Source: Eledone cirrhosa | Lineage: Eukaryota | DNA length: 64,000 nt | Assembly (NCBI GenBank): GCA_964016885.1 | Contig: OZ024753.1 | Span: forward strand, 3,410,001 to 3,474,000 | Direction of reading: 5' to 3' | Shown: positions 31,307 to 47,590 of the stretch, one piece after another | Layout: every line of letters starts with the position of its first letter | How positions within the stretch are numbered: position 1 is the stretch's first letter | Notes under the pieces: generated by a model | The model's input: the letters and a program-made list of their open reading frames with translations, nothing else | Database searches by the model: none | Told to the model about the DNA's origin: nothing | Made by a program: the position numbers and the translations under genes

Positions 31307-32379
31307 ACAAAGAGTGAGAGAGAGGGAGTAGATGAAAAATTATTCAAAGTTGAGTCTGTGTTCGTCACAAAGCAAGTTTCGCGTGTCCGATTTATCAGAC
31401 AACTGGTGATACACCATGTGTTAGAACTAATTACACCTAGCAAATTTCACTACTCTATATATCTAAGTATTTTCTGTTTTCCTACATTTTACATGATTTA
31501 AGGGAATATTTAATAGATGAGTTGTTCCTGTAATTCAAAGAGCCATCTTTGTAACACACAGTTTCACGCTGAAACTCGCTGAGAACAACGTTAAACGTTC
31601 ACCTGGCTGTGGTATAAACAGATCCACAAACAGGATGTTCTGTTAATCGTATCAACCGGAACAAGTCTCGGCGCAACCGACGTATGTCCAATACTGAGTG
31701 ATTTACTGAGCTTAACACCCTCTTGTAAGACGTTACATCTGTGTTATCCTGCCTCATACTATCTTTCTGTTTCCCTGTCATACTATCTCTCTCTCTCACC
31801 CCCCCTTCTCACACCTCTGTCCCCCTCTCTCCCTCCCATACACACACGCGTAGACACATAGAGACACGCAATGTATGTGCGTATGGTTTACTCTGTATGC
31901 TTGCAAGTCTAAATAGAGAAATATTTATGTAGAGAGTTCAACAATCCTAACCAAATATATTTACTTTGAACGAAGCTCCATCTGTCTCATCTTATACTCT
32001 ACTGTTGTGCCAGGATTAGGAAGATAATTACACATTATTCTTATATTGTATTTGTGGAACATTTCTAGGAAAGACAATATGTAATGCCTGAGAGGAAAAA
32101 CTGAAAAGATATATTTGCACATGTATCCGCTAAATCCAGGTTCTCCTGCCCAACTAGTGTTTTATCTTGAAACAAAACTAAACCAAAATACTATAGAAAA
32201 AATAAAGAAATATTGGCCAGTCAATCCGAAAACAAGCGTCATCCATCCATTATGTTTAGAGGTTAGAAAATACTACGTTGCTCAAGGTGACTCTGGAAAA
32301 GAACAATGTAAAGAAAAAATCACATAGACAGACGTAAATTATATACACTTCCTGCCATATTTAAGGATAGACACGCACG

Positions 32380-32531
<152 letters not shown>

Positions 32532-32619
32532 GGCATACACATAAATATGTACATATGTACACACACATACACTTAAAAAACATAAAAACACATACACGCA
32601 CACGTACATACGTACACAC

Positions 32620-32681
<62 letters not shown>

Positions 32682-32863
32682 TTACACACAGGTATACATA
32701 CATACTTATACACAGACATATTCTGATGTTCCGCTATCATCACTTTGGTATTCGTTCGTCTTCTTATCTATATAACTGTATTTCTTAACTTCCTAACCCC
32801 CTTCTTTACTTTTACTTTTCTTCTTCTGGGCTTTTCTCCCCACCACCATATATATAAATATTT

Positions 32864-32897
<34 letters not shown>

Positions 32898-32957
32898 ATA
32901 GATCCTCCGTCGCTTCCTAAGATGAGTATCCCATTTTTCCGTTGATATATAAATATA

Positions 32958-33076
32958 TAAGGAGTTGACAGACCCAACGTATTTATCAATACCGGGACCG
33001 GTTGTATCTCAGCGTACTCAATGGGCAATGTAAGATACATAGTTATTCGCTTCAATACAACACGTAAAACGGGTGC

Positions 33077-33079
<3 letters not shown>
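32958..33079 (-). mobile_element. Tail-only copy of family V element
   Basis: Reverse complement of ~18199-18339 with an internal deletion; lies between TA tracts and has no ribozyme. Confidence 0.7.
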
Positions 33080-33124
<45 letters not shown>

Positions 33125-33127
<3 letters not shown>

Positions 33128-33308
33128 CGAAGGAAATGTGGTAAGGAACAAGGTGGACCATAACGCACCAAAGTACTCAATACTTAGGGTAGTAGAGTGG
33201 GTAATAGGAACGAGTAGGACCCCGACGGGTGAGCTGAAGCCGTTTCGACGGCTAATTCTGGACGTCGAAACGGCTTGAGCTCAGCTGTCGGGGTCCTACT
33301 CGTTCCTA
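33125..33308 (-). mobile_element. Family R element (opposite orientation)
   Basis: Same tail and short-arm end (TTCCTA). Preserves the full helix II GACG..CGUC on the minus strand. (TA)n flanks. Confidence 0.8.
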
Positions 33309-33439
33309 TATATATATATATATATATATATATAACCAGTATGTAAAGTATTCATATGCAAATTCGTATTTAAAACATACGATTTTTCTAAATTAATTGA
33401 ATGAGTCGGTAACGTTGATCCAAGACGCAATCTAGCTCG

Positions 33440-33521
<82 letters not shown>

Positions 33522-33592
33522 CTGTTTTTCGTTTTGCCTTATTTTAGTTCGTTGTCTTGTCATCTCCTTTTTAATTTTCCTAAGTTTACATA

Positions 33593-33623
<31 letters not shown>

Positions 33624-33835
33624 ATACATATATTTATATTTCTGTTACTGTTGAATATATTTAATTAAGAAATAACAAACATTGTAGGAACATTTCCTGG
33701 GATACACTTTATCTCGTTATCTGTTTTCTACTCTATTATTTCACTAACCACACTTTCTAATCGACAATTATTTATTCCATGATATAAAAAAAATATCTAT
33801 CTATATATCCATATGTTTGATATATATATATCAAG

Positions 33836-33875
<40 letters not shown>

Positions 33876-33881
33876 CTTGAT

Positions 33882-34148
33882 CACCTTGACCGAGCAGTCT
33901 GTCGGGCGTCCATTCGGCGCCGCTGGTCACAGCACGTCGTGCTGTGACCAGCCATAAGATAACGCCATCCCACTGGCTGGGCAGGCAGGCCGGTACCTCC
34001 TCATCTCATTTCTACAGGTGAGTAAAATGGAGCAACGTGAAATAAAGTGTCTTGCTCAAGGAAAAACACATCACCCGGTCCGAGAATTGAACTCACAACC
34101 TTTCGGTTGCAAGCCCAATGCTCTAACCACTAAGCCATGCGCCTTCAC
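33882..34148 (-). mobile_element. Second tRNA-derived SINE with CORE-like segment
   Basis: Minus strand: A-box TGGCTTAGTGG, B-box GAGTTCAATTC, then ccttgagcaagacacttt..ctgtagaaatgag, which resembles the CORE-SINE domain. Decayed relatives lie at ~38085-38280 and ~56355-56480. Confidence 0.75.
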
Positions 34149-34248
34149 ATATATATATATGTGTGTGTGTGTGTGGGGGGGGGGGGTAGTTTCTTCTGTG
34201 CTAATAAACATACACACACACCATAGTCCCTTTATATATATATATATG

Positions 34249-34459
34249 CATACGAACTTGTATTGCAACGCTTGCTTTAAACCTATACCAGTATATACAT
34301 ACATAAGCATCACGTACACACGTAGATGTGTAGACATATACACGCATATTTAAAAAAAAGACCAATTTTCTTAAACAAGTAGCAAGAAAGAAACGCACAG
34401 CATTGCCGACAGATGTGTAAAGATCCTTCGAGAAACCTATATGTTTGGGAATAAAGACT

Positions 34460-34537
<78 letters not shown>

Positions 34538-34690
34538 ATACACCAACTATAGGTGTACACATATAGACAAACACCAGTGTTTCCACAACCCTCTTTTAAT
34601 TATCCCACTGATAATATTAAACACCATACAAACTTGTATTGCAACGCTTGCTTTAAACCTATACACATATATACATACATAAGCATCACG
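34249..34690. repeat. Local direct duplication (~65 bp)
   Basis: aacttgtattgcaacgcttgctttaaacctatac..acataagcatcacg at ~34255 and ~34632. Confidence 0.85.
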
Positions 34691-35319
34691 CCCACACACA
34701 TACATACAAACACACACAGACCCCGCACACAATATAAACTACATACACATATATATTTAGGAAATTTTTCTTATACCGTCGAAAATTCTAATTATATCTT
34801 TTTTTTTTCCTCCGTAGTCTTTAGTCTATTTCTGTTTTACTACACAATGCCCTCTGCCTTTCTCCGCTAGACCTTGCTTCCATTATTTTTACCAACATCA
34901 CCATCGACCTCTACTACTACTACTACCATCACCAACCGCAGCACTCCAGTACTACTACTACTACTACAACAACAACAAGAAGACATTCTCTTTTATCCCT
35001 CAGTCAATTATAATTTTTTTTTTATGTTATCTAAAATTCTATTACTCTGTTTTTCACCACACATCTCTTAGCTTCTATTATTCTATTTATTAGGATTGAT
35101 GAATGAGTAGAAATGTTAGCGCGCTTGACAAGCTTCATTTATCAAATCTTCTTCAGGACCTACCTTATCGGTGTTCAATCTCTACCAAAGACTCATTTGT
35201 TGATTGCTATTACACAGTGAACACAATGATGTTAAGTTGTCCTTTCCGTTTTTACTTAATTTCATTTATTCTTTTACTCTTTGGACAACGATGGAAATGC
35301 AATGGCCATGATTCTCTTC

Positions 35320-35516
35320 CAGACCTGCCAACTTCTAAAAACCTAAACAGGGAGTACCATGAAAAAAAGGTGCGCAAAAAACGGGTAGAAATTAGGCAAA
35401 ATGTGGAGATTTTACATAATGAAAGCTATACCTATTTTCACAAGAGAAGTCATCTCTCACATACTCGAAAGTCGGTGGGAGAACTCCTCGTCGAACGGGG
35501 AGAGTTAACAGGTGAG
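35320..35516. mobile_element. Same MITE family, opposite orientation
   Basis: CAGACCTGCCAAC..AGTTAACAGGTGAG, flanks CTCTTC/CTCCTC; the body matches the reverse complement of 48720-48843. Confidence 0.7.
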
Positions 35517-36295
35517 CTCCTCGGTGGCCCGGCACCGAGACTGATGTTAGGGCGAGTAGTTATACTCAAAGTTGTTTCCTGGTTTAAATGCTTGCAACAG
35601 ACTAAAGACGATCGCTAATCACGTGATATTTACTTAGACATATACGTTTCTTTGCACAACACCAATAGCCAATAAGATATTCGTATCGCAACTCCATGAG
35701 TTTGGGTTCAATCCCAAATTCAGCAAATGTTTTCTACTATAATCTCTATCGGTGAGATAGAGATGATCCTCGTTCAGCCGGGTTACCATCAGCCCACCTG
35801 GTACATCTAGTGAGATACAATATATTGCATATATTGAGGTCAAACCTCAAGATATGTTTCTCTTTTTTTTTTTCAGCTCCTGTTAAACATCATAATCACT
35901 GCCTTTCCCACTCTATATATGATATAGAGAAATGACAAATAATTGTATAATTAGTATACGCACACGCATACGTGTGTGTGTGGGGGAGGGGTGCGTGCGT
36001 GTGTATCAATGGATAAATAAGAAAATAAAGTAACTTGATAATTGATCCATTGCGTTATAGTCATTTCAGAGAATAAAATATTGATGTGCAAAATAATTGA
36101 TGATACTTATGTAATTTCATATCTCCAGACACTACAATTTACATCTCTGTTGTCATTCTTCAGAAATAATTGCTTTCACTTTTATTAATCAGAGTAGTAA
36201 GCAGGCCAGATGGGAGGAATAGGTAGAGAGGAAATTAAGCCATATATATACGAAGATAAGTCAGGTTCAAATTTGTTTGAGTGCATCAATGTGCA

Positions 36296-36444
36296 AACAA
36301 ATTATATAAGGAAGATTGCTTACCAAAGTATTTTTATGGCCATGGTCATACCAGGAGGTCTCACATTGGACTGTTATCATACCTCCTGCAATGAGCATGT
36401 CGAGTAAAATACTTTGGTAGGCAAGCTCCCTTAAATAATTTGTT
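36296..36444. repeat. Degenerate fold-back element next to (TA)n
   Basis: Imperfect ~63-bp arms (aacaaattat..caggaggt / acctcctg..ataatttgtt). Confidence 0.6.
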
Positions 36445-36445
36445 G

Positions 36446-36506
<61 letters not shown>

Positions 36507-37310
36507 TCTCGTCGAAATCCTCTTCGAAATCATCCAAGAATATTAATTCAACTTCACTATCTTTCTGCATTCAGTTTCTGATTTTGTCCGGTTTATTATA
36601 TCTATTATATCTGTATAGATACTCTTATCGATCGGGGTTTCAGTTTCTATTGGAACTTATTTTCATTGAGATATCAAAATCGCTTGAGACGAGCAAAATA
36701 CAAACGTTTTAACATCTTTTCTACATATAGCAATTTTATATAGCTGAGTTAACGTTCTTGTATACTATCGACAGATTCCGCAACAAGATTTTGATCCGCA
36801 ATACTAAACATGTTTAGCTTTTATTTATTATAACTAACGCCCATAAGAGAGGCATAAACAGACCACAAGAACTTACACACATCCCTTAATAAATCTGCAG
36901 CTAATAATTCATTTTTAGCGTTATTTTATTGTAAGACATTTCTTATATTAAATATTCACAGTCTCATAATTTTCAGGAAATAGTTTCTCATCTTATTTCC
37001 CGTTCCTGAGTGTGTGTGTATTTGTATGTATATATACATATATACATATATACATATATTTCCGTGTATATATCTGCGTTTGTGTGTGAGTTTATTTTAT
37101 GTCAGCTGCGTTTTACTTTATATTTTATGTTAGTATTACATTACCTTAGTTATCTTTCGTTTGTTTTCGTTGTTATTGCTGTCTTTACTGTATAGTTGTT
37201 AGAGTTATCTCGTCTTTACATTATTATTATAGTAGTAGTTGTTGTTTCTGTTATTATGGTTATTAATGGAATTTCCGCGAAAATTGCATTATTTTCGGAT
37301 GTATATTCGC

Positions 37311-37360
<50 letters not shown>

Positions 37361-37368
37361 AGGCGAAT

Positions 37369-37547
37369 AAACTTTAATCTGTTATTTTAATAATATATAT
37401 ATATTATTAAAATAACAGATTAAAGTTTAAGCAAAGAATCGCTGCTTTCACCCTTAACGGGAGCTTCTGATACTAACATATATTTGATATATATTTATCC
37501 TTATCGAGCCCTCTTTGGATTTTAGTCTTCAAATTTATTATTATTAC
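37369..37547. mobile_element. Family C element, rearranged
   Basis: Arm at 37402-37470 followed by an inverted tail at 37480-37547, plus an extra inverted copy of the arm end at 37369-37395. Confidence 0.65.
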
Positions 37548-38286
37548 TATATATATATATATATTCATTAGTTAAGCAAATCAAGACCACATATTTCACA
37601 AGGAAGACATTATTTAAAGATTGTCAACATAGTTGTAGTTTATTGTAAGGAATAATAATGCATTTACGCTTTGGCTTTTAACTAATTCTCCAATCTCTCT
37701 TCTCATCTCCTATCTCCATCTCTCTCTTTAAGATTGGTTACTCTTGAACTGTGTATATATATATATATCAAGAATAAAAATACAAACGAAGGACACAGAC
37801 CTCTAGGGTCATCGGCCGTTGCGATGGACTTTGGTTGTTCCAAACCCTACCAACGGTGTCACAACGTCTGAGACAAAACAAACGCTGTCCAGTGGAGTAA
37901 GAGACGAGAGACAATACATTAATTTATAGCATTTAAGCTACAACTAGTACACATAGAATTTTATGTGATGCCATGGAAAAGTGTGGTGCCTCTTATAGGG
38001 CGAGATTCTCATGAATGAAGCAAAGGAAACAAAAAAAGGCATTTATGGCAAATTATCTTAACCGTTCTCCTGTTCGCATAAAGGCTCGTAGAATAGGGGT
38101 TAAGGTGTTCGGCTCACGATCGTAAGTTCATAAGTGCGATACCCGCTGGCACGATGTCTCCATGAACAACTTATTTCACGTCTTGTAGTTTACTTCGCTG
38201 GTAAAATGAGTTTTACCCGTAAGGCAATGGGTTTGCTCTCGTCAAATGCTGTTGAAAGATAAATCATGCTGAGAACAACGGTAATA

Positions 38287-38474
38287 AATGTTTCTACTTG
38301 TGGCACAAGGCCAGCAACTACCCAGTACATTACTGGTACTTTATTTTATCGACCCCGTAAGGATGAAAGACAAAGTTAACCTCGGCGGGATTTGAACTCA
38401 GAATGGCAAGGGCAGTAACTCTATGCGTCAAAGCATAGTGCCGGACCCTCTACCGATATTGCCAATCCACCGCC
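38287..38474 (-). mobile_element. SINE S1
   Basis: Full length, with an 18-bp TSD tgagaacaacggtaataa. Confidence 0.9.
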
Positions 38475-38634
38475 AATGAGAACAACGGTAATAAGACACG
38501 TGTCAATAGAATGCTCAGATACTTGAAAGTCAACATCAAAAGTAGTCTGTTTTGTGGCTGGAAATAACTAGAAACGACATCACTTTAACTGCTAGAGGTC
38601 CAACACAGACGGGTCAATGAGGACGTTTGTATGC

Positions 38635-38823
38635 ACTCACCTAGCCTGCTAGAAACAGCAGCCAAACTGCTACGAAATGCAACCTACTGTATTTACAAAA
38701 ACAAAAAGTATATATTAACTAGTGTAGTCTGAGATAAACTTTGTACAGACGAGATGGTCACGGCTAGGATATCAACTCGACTAGGGCTGACCTGAGGATA
38801 AACAGCAGCAACAACAACAACAA
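38635..38823 (+). repeat. Old dispersed repeat with (CAA)n tail
   Basis: The tgctagaaa(t/c)ag..gccaaa motif recurs in diverged form at ~880, ~1490 and ~23305. Confidence 0.45.
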
Positions 38824-39359
38824 GTCTCTTGCTGATAAGAAATTGTTATGTACCAAGACACACAAAAATCGATATTTAATCTCGTCATAACATGAATAAC
38901 AAAAACAACAATCACACTGCAAAAGAGAAAAGAAACCGAATCCAAGCGGGAAATTCATGTTATTCAGTATTTTCAGACACACCGCCGTCACACCTTCGCT
39001 ACTACTACAACCACCACCACCAGCGACAACAGCAACACCAGAACTACCACTACCACGACACCAACACCAGGACCACGACAACCATCACACCTTCCACAAC
39101 CAACAACAGCAACACCATAACTACCACAACTACCACACCGACGACCACAAACACCAGGACGACGACAAGCACCAACCCTAACGCTTCGACAACGATTATT
39201 GTCCGCTGCCACCACCATCACCTCAACCACCACGACCATAATCACCACCACCAGCAACACCTCAACAACAAGAATAGTAACATCAAAGAGCCATTGAGGA
39301 AGCCTCTACGAGGCCAAATTTTGCATTCAAATCTGTACTGAAGAGACGTGAGCTATACA

Positions 39360-39563
39360 TCATCAGGTCGAGCTTGCTCGGCTTTCTACCACACGTTTCC
39401 TCCATCCATCTCTGTCTCTCATAGCATTTGCCAGTTCTTCCGCAGTGCATCCAGTATCGTCCTCAAGTTGCTTGACGTATGTCTTCTTGGGACGACCAGC
39501 GTTTCTTGCTCCATGAGATGGACTCCATAACAACACATCGCCTGCTATTTCTTCCTTGCTACA
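39360..39563 (-). mobile_element. 3' end of a second RTE-like LINE family
   Basis: Manual translation: SKEEIAGDVLLWSPSHGARNAGRPKKTYVKQLEDDTGCTAEELANAMRDRDGWRKRVVESRASST**. Confidence 0.7.
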
Positions 39564-39689
39564 ATCCTAATGTAACATGTAGTAAAGTAACTAAATATAT
39601 ACATATACACCAGGTCTGACCACAAAGGAACCAAACTTCCACTGTCAATGCCTCCGCCTCTCCCATTCTCCTCATCATCCATTATTATG

Positions 39690-39850
39690 AACAAATGGGG
39701 GCCCACGCGGTGGCCACCCCGTGGCTGGAAGAGCCATTCCAGCTCGCGAAGCTCATACATACTGGTAGACAACTCTGTGCCGATGGTGGTGAGATGGGAG
39801 GTTGCCCTTGGCCCAAGGACACCAGAAGTCTTCCCTGCTAAACAGTAAAA
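39690..39850 (-). mobile_element. Degenerate C-terminus of a CRE-like (restriction-like endonuclease) non-LTR retrotransposon
   Basis: FYCLAGKTSGVLGPRATSHLTTIGTELSTSMYELRELEWLFQ resembles the F.P.AVETSG.LGP.A...L..IG..L.......RE..WL.QR motif. Confidence 0.5.
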
Positions 39851-41514
39851 TTACCTACAAAGAACATTCTAGTGTCTTCAAAGCAGAGGACATATTAGAA
39901 ACAAAAGTCCAAGATACTCCTAAAATAGTATAGTCATGGGTAGAATGTATTAGATCGTAAATCTGTCCAATCAAATTTGATCTGTTGGCTAAGTAACATT
40001 AACAATACAACTAATACCGCCAACTTCACCACCATCAACATCATCACTTCCACCATCAATACCAACATCTACCACAATACCAACAACAGCGTCAACAAAG
40101 GCAACACGACCAAGGAAAGGAAAAATTTCGCCTTCAATAGCATCAGCAACAACACCACCACCACAGCTACCATCATCATCATTTTACCATCATCACACTT
40201 CTACTACTATCAACAAAAACAACAGCATCAATAAAAATAACGGCAACAACCTGAAAGAATCAAGTAGCTAAGAGTTGGGAAGAAAATAGAAAAAAAAAAG
40301 CTGAAAATCAATTTCTGTATGTGTGAAAGTAATAAGCATTCAGGTAGATTGGAAAGAAACGAAGAAAGCCTATGTAGATAGATAGTGGCGCAAACAGTAA
40401 TTTATAATCTTTTAAGACGATGAAATACAGACACACGTGTCTAGAATTTCTTCACAAGCAAGACAAACAATACAATTGTAAATGTTCTGCTTGTATGTGC
40501 AAACAGTTTGGTGATAATGTTGGTAAAGTCTTTAGACAAATGATCCAAGAATATGGTAAGTGGGGAAAAGACTAGAAATAAAAGTATTAAAAGTAGTGAA
40601 ACGAGATGAATTTGAAATAGAGAGAGAACGAGATAACTAGCAATCTATCTGTCTACACACGCACTGAATATATCTATCTAACTATCTATCTATGTATATC
40701 TATGTGTATGTGTGTGTGCGTTAGTATAGTGGTAGATGTTGGTGTTGATGGTAGAAATGATGATATGTATACACACACACAGACACACACACATATATAT
40801 ATGCATATGTATATATATATGTACATATGTATATATATATATGAGTGTGTGTGTGCGTTAGAATGTATTCTTTCGTTAAAACACGAGAAGCACGAACACC
40901 AATAAAGAACTCAATACTGATTTAGTAAAGTTTGATAAAATGTATTAATTTAGATCTGATAAAGAAACTGATTGCTTCCTTGTGGTGCTTCTCAAATTAC
41001 ATTGAGAAGCTAACCGAGCAAAAAAACTGATTTCGTTGTCGCATCAAACTTAATTTCACCTCATATATACATCTATATATTTATATCTATCTATATCTAT
41101 CTATGTATCTATATATCTATCTATTTACCTATCAATCTATCTATATTGGAATGAGACATAACACGCAAGAGTCCCATATAACACATTCCAGTTCTTCCGA
41201 ACTTAAAGCAAGTTATCACAAAATATGTCGATAAACAATTCATGGTGAATTAAATAGCTTAACTTTTGCGACATAGTCTACGTAGTAAAACATAAAACTG
41301 AGTTCATGATTTGAAAATATATAACCCAAACAGATCTGTCCATGAATCTCTCCATTTTATATGCTTATTTCTACACATACACCTTAAAGCACATTCGTGC
41401 ACACACACACACTATTCATCAGCTCAAGGTTCGATTTGTATCGATCTGGCCCGACTCTGGAATCAAAAGATCGTTGTGTTGTAATAATGTATGATATATA
41501 TATATATATAATAT

Positions 41515-41557
<43 letters not shown>

Positions 41558-41565
41558 TATATAAT

Positions 41566-41635
<70 letters not shown>

Positions 41636-41698
41636 ATATATATATATAATATATATATATATAATATATATATAATATATATATATAATATATATATA

Positions 41699-41893
41699 TA
41701 GGAACCAGTAAGACCCCGACGGCTGAGCTCAAGCCGTTTCGACGGCTAATTCTGGCGTCCAGAATTAGCCGTCGAAACGGCTTGAGCTCAGCCGTCGGGG
41801 TTTTACTGGTTCCTATTACCCACTCTACTACCCCAAGTATTGAGTACTTTGGTGCGTTATGGTCCACCTGGTTCCTTACCACATTTCCTTCGT

Positions 41894-41895
<2 letters not shown>
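41699..41895 (+). mobile_element. Family R element
   Basis: Near-perfect hairpin centred near 41757; GAAA at 41774-77, 6-bp helix III, GUC at 41794-96; same tail; (TA)n flanks. Confidence 0.8.
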
Positions 41896-41926
<31 letters not shown>

Positions 41927-41931
41927 AAAGC

Positions 41932-41976
41932 TTCTACAGGACTAGAACTGTTTCATTCGTGAGAAATCCTCAGAAA
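41932..41976 (-). ncRNA. Hammerhead ribozyme (family J)
   Basis: UUU-CUGAGGA-U-UUC UCAC GAA-U-GAAA-CAG UUCUAGUC CUG-UA-GAA, with a 4-bp helix III. Degenerate relatives lie at ~17907-17955 (+) and ~63690-63740 (-). Confidence 0.65.
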
Positions 41977-42481
41977 TACATATCGAACCTTAAACGCTTA
42001 CCGTGACCGTCTCAGGATACAGTGGTTTATAACTTCTCGTTATAAAACATAATCACATTTTGAACCACTGATTCTATCTTTCTGGAAAAGCAATACCTTC
42101 CCATTAATGACTCATAAAATGACAAAGGTATACGCCAATATAGCATGGCCAAGAATCCATCTTTTAATCAACGTCGGCTTTTCAACATCAGACTCAGCAA
42201 TACTGACAACCGAAGATTTACGACTGCTCTAGTCTACACTAAATATTTTAAGTGACTACATTAGAGACGTAACTGTATTTAATTGTCGCAGACGAACGTG
42301 ATACTTCGATAGCTGCAAAATAATATCTACCGTCTGTATGTGACTCCAAAAATCCGTGTCCCAACTTGATGTGGGGGAATAGGGGGAAAACATTTTTGCC
42401 AGAGAAGCAAGACTCACATCACATATATAATCTACATACGTCTGTTGTAGTTATTGTGTATATATTCTCAGGAATAATCCT

Positions 42482-44272
<1,791 letters not shown>

Positions 44273-44472
44273 NNNNNNNNNNNNNNNNNNNNNNNNNNNN
44301 NNNNNNNNNNNNNNNNNNNNNNNNNNNNNNNNNNNNNNNNNNNNNNNNNNNNNNNNNNNNNNNNNNNNNNNNNNNNNNNNNNNNNNNNNNNNNNNNNNNN
44401 NNNNNNNNNNNNNNNNNNNNNNNNNNNNNNNNNNNNNNNNNNNNNNNNNNNNNNNNNNNNNNNNNNNNNNNN
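44273..44472. other. Assembly gap (200 N)
   Basis: Run of n. Confidence 1.
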
Positions 44473-44670
44473 CTATCTAAAAGAAACATATCTATCTATC
44501 TCTCTATCTATCTCTGTATATACCTCATTCTCTCTCTCTATATATATAAGTATCTGTCCCCGTCTGTCTGTTTCTGGGAAATGTTTGAAGCATACATACA
44601 TACATACATACATATATATAGAAATGCTGTTATGTTGTTTTCACATTTGTCACTTTAATAACTTCTTACT

Positions 44671-44710
<40 letters not shown>

Positions 44711-45040
44711 CGAGAGAGAGAGAGAGAGAGAGAGAGGAGTGAGAGAGTGAAACGCATATTCATAATCTCATACACACATAGACACACACACTCACTCATA
44801 CAAACTGATTCATAGCTGGATTAACTTGTATGGTTGTATGTAACGCCAATGTCTCACTAGATATATTTGTATTGACTGCACACTTTAAGACAGCACTGGA
44901 AAAATCAGAAGACGGTCAGTATCAGATGGCTGGTAAATAAAGGTAGATTCCTGGATTAATAATACAGAATAGGGATTTCATTGTTAACAATATATATCAC
45001 TATGGAGACATCACATCTTTTCAAAGATTGTATGGGTATT

Positions 45041-45220
45041 ATTGGCAGTATCGGTAGAGGGTCGGACGCCATGCTTTCCAGCATAGTTACTTCCCTTTAC
45101 GATCTGAGTTCAAATCCCGCCCGAGGTTGACTTTGCCTTTCATCCTTACGGGGTCGATAAAATAAAGTACCAGTAATGCACTGAGTAATTGATGGCCTTG
45201 TGCCTAAAGTAGAAACAATT
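45041..45220 (+). mobile_element. SINE S1
   Basis: Near-identical to 17132-17317. Confidence 0.9.
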
Positions 45221-45746
45221 ATATATTGACTGTGATTCATATGGGATCAATGATATTTCCTGTGACATTTAAAGGATTTCATTAAAGATTTTCATCTTCT
45301 GTTAGTATTCCTAGAGACCTTTTTATTATAATGAGACGACATATAGTGTCTCGTAATTAACGCACTTGTCCCTTACAAGGAGGAAGACCCATTGATCGTA
45401 ATGAGATAAATAATAAAATGAAAATATTGACTGTCTTATAATTCTCCAGCTGCTTCCTTATATGTTACGCGTTATTTATTACTGATTTTATTATTAACAA
45501 CTACAGTTAAATATCCTTACATCTAAATATTAATCACTATATATTTATTTACCTGTATGTGCTTCAATATATATATATATGTGTGTGTGTATGTGTGGGT
45601 GTGTATGTGTTAGTGTGTGTGTGTGTGTGTGTATAAATACATATATACACCAAGCGGTCGGAATTTTTTACCGCTGCACCTACTCTGCAGCTCCCCAAGC
45701 ATTGAGTACTTCGTTGATTAGCGGTTTCCTCGGACTCAGCAACGCA

Positions 45747-45784
<38 letters not shown>

Positions 45785-45835
45785 ATATATATATATATAT
45801 ATATACATATATATATGGTGACATAGGGTTGGATT

Positions 45836-46178
45836 ATGGTTTCCAGCATAGTTACGTCCCTTTACGATCTGAGTTCAAATCCCGCCGAGGTTAACTTTGC
45901 CTTTCATCCTTACGGGGTCGATAAAATAAAGTACCAGTAATGTACTGGGATAATTGGTGGCCTTGTGCAAAAAGTAGAAACAATTATTTATACTGAAAAT
46001 ACCATTATCGGTAGAGGTCGGACGCCGTGCTTTGAAGCATAGAGTTAGATCCCTTTATGATCTGAGTTCAAATCCCGCCGAGGTTAACTTTGCCTTTCAT
46101 CCTTAAAGGGTCGATAAAATAAAGTACCAGTAATACACTTGGATAATTGCTGGCTTTGTGCCAAAAGTAGAAACAATT
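45836..46178 (+). mobile_element. Two tandem 5'-truncated S1 SINEs
   Basis: Copies at 45836-45985 and 46006-46178, each followed by atttatactgaaaata. Confidence 0.85.
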
Positions 46179-46304
46179 ATTTATACTGAAAATAAAATTA
46201 TAGTTCTCTCAATACGATGGTTGTATTTTGTTATTTCGTTATTGAATACTCATTTGAAATAGGTATTTTAGAAAGGAAAACCAATCACACATACAAACAC
46301 ACAA

Positions 46305-46416
<112 letters not shown>

Positions 46417-46582
46417 GCCCCTACATGGACACACTAGAAGAGGAATACCAAGGTTAAAGTATGTTGATGTCCTAAGGACAGACACTGGTCTGTTGGAGAC
46501 GCAGGACATGGCAGCGATAATGAGGGACAGAGACCGCTGGAGAGAACTCGTCCATGGATCTCGGGAATTTTACCCGCCTTAG
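46417..46582 (+). mobile_element. 3' end of RTE-like LINE ORF2
   Basis: PLHGHTRRGIPRLKYVDVLRTDTG..MRDRDRWRELV..* matches the G-x-R-x-x-GRP..W-R C-terminus of RTE-type elements; (AGAT)n tail. Confidence 0.75.
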
Positions 46583-46864
46583 ATAGATAGATATACATGC
46601 ACACGTACAAACCCATGTGTGCCTGTGTGTTTTTGATTTCTGATAAGACGGTGGTCAGCCATAGACGAGAACGTCTGAGATTAATTTTGCTATATTAGTG
46701 GCTATATATTATCTTAGACATGGGACTATTGTTCCCAATGTGTACCTGTCCTCGTTTGAAGACAATAGGTGATAAACACGTCTGCTAAGTAATACATGGT
46801 GACTGCGTAGATGTTCTGGCGTGGGGTCATTTATATAGATTTGTTCTTGATGTGTGTTAATATA

Positions 46865-47046
46865 ATCATTTCTACATTTGGGACAAGGCCAGCAATTACC
46901 TCAGTGTATTACTGGTGCTTTATTTTATAAACACCGTAAGGATAAAAGGCAAAGCTAACCTCGGCGGGATTTGAACACATAACGTAAAGGGCCATATCTC
47001 TATATTGCAAAGCATGGTGTCAGACCCTCTATCGATACTGCTAAAT
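46865..47046 (-). mobile_element. SINE S1 (diverged)
   Basis: Reverse complement of the S1 consensus. Confidence 0.8.
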
Positions 47047-47079
47047 ATATAGAGGAAGGTCATTGTTGATGTTTCCACA

Positions 47080-47590
<511 letters not shown>

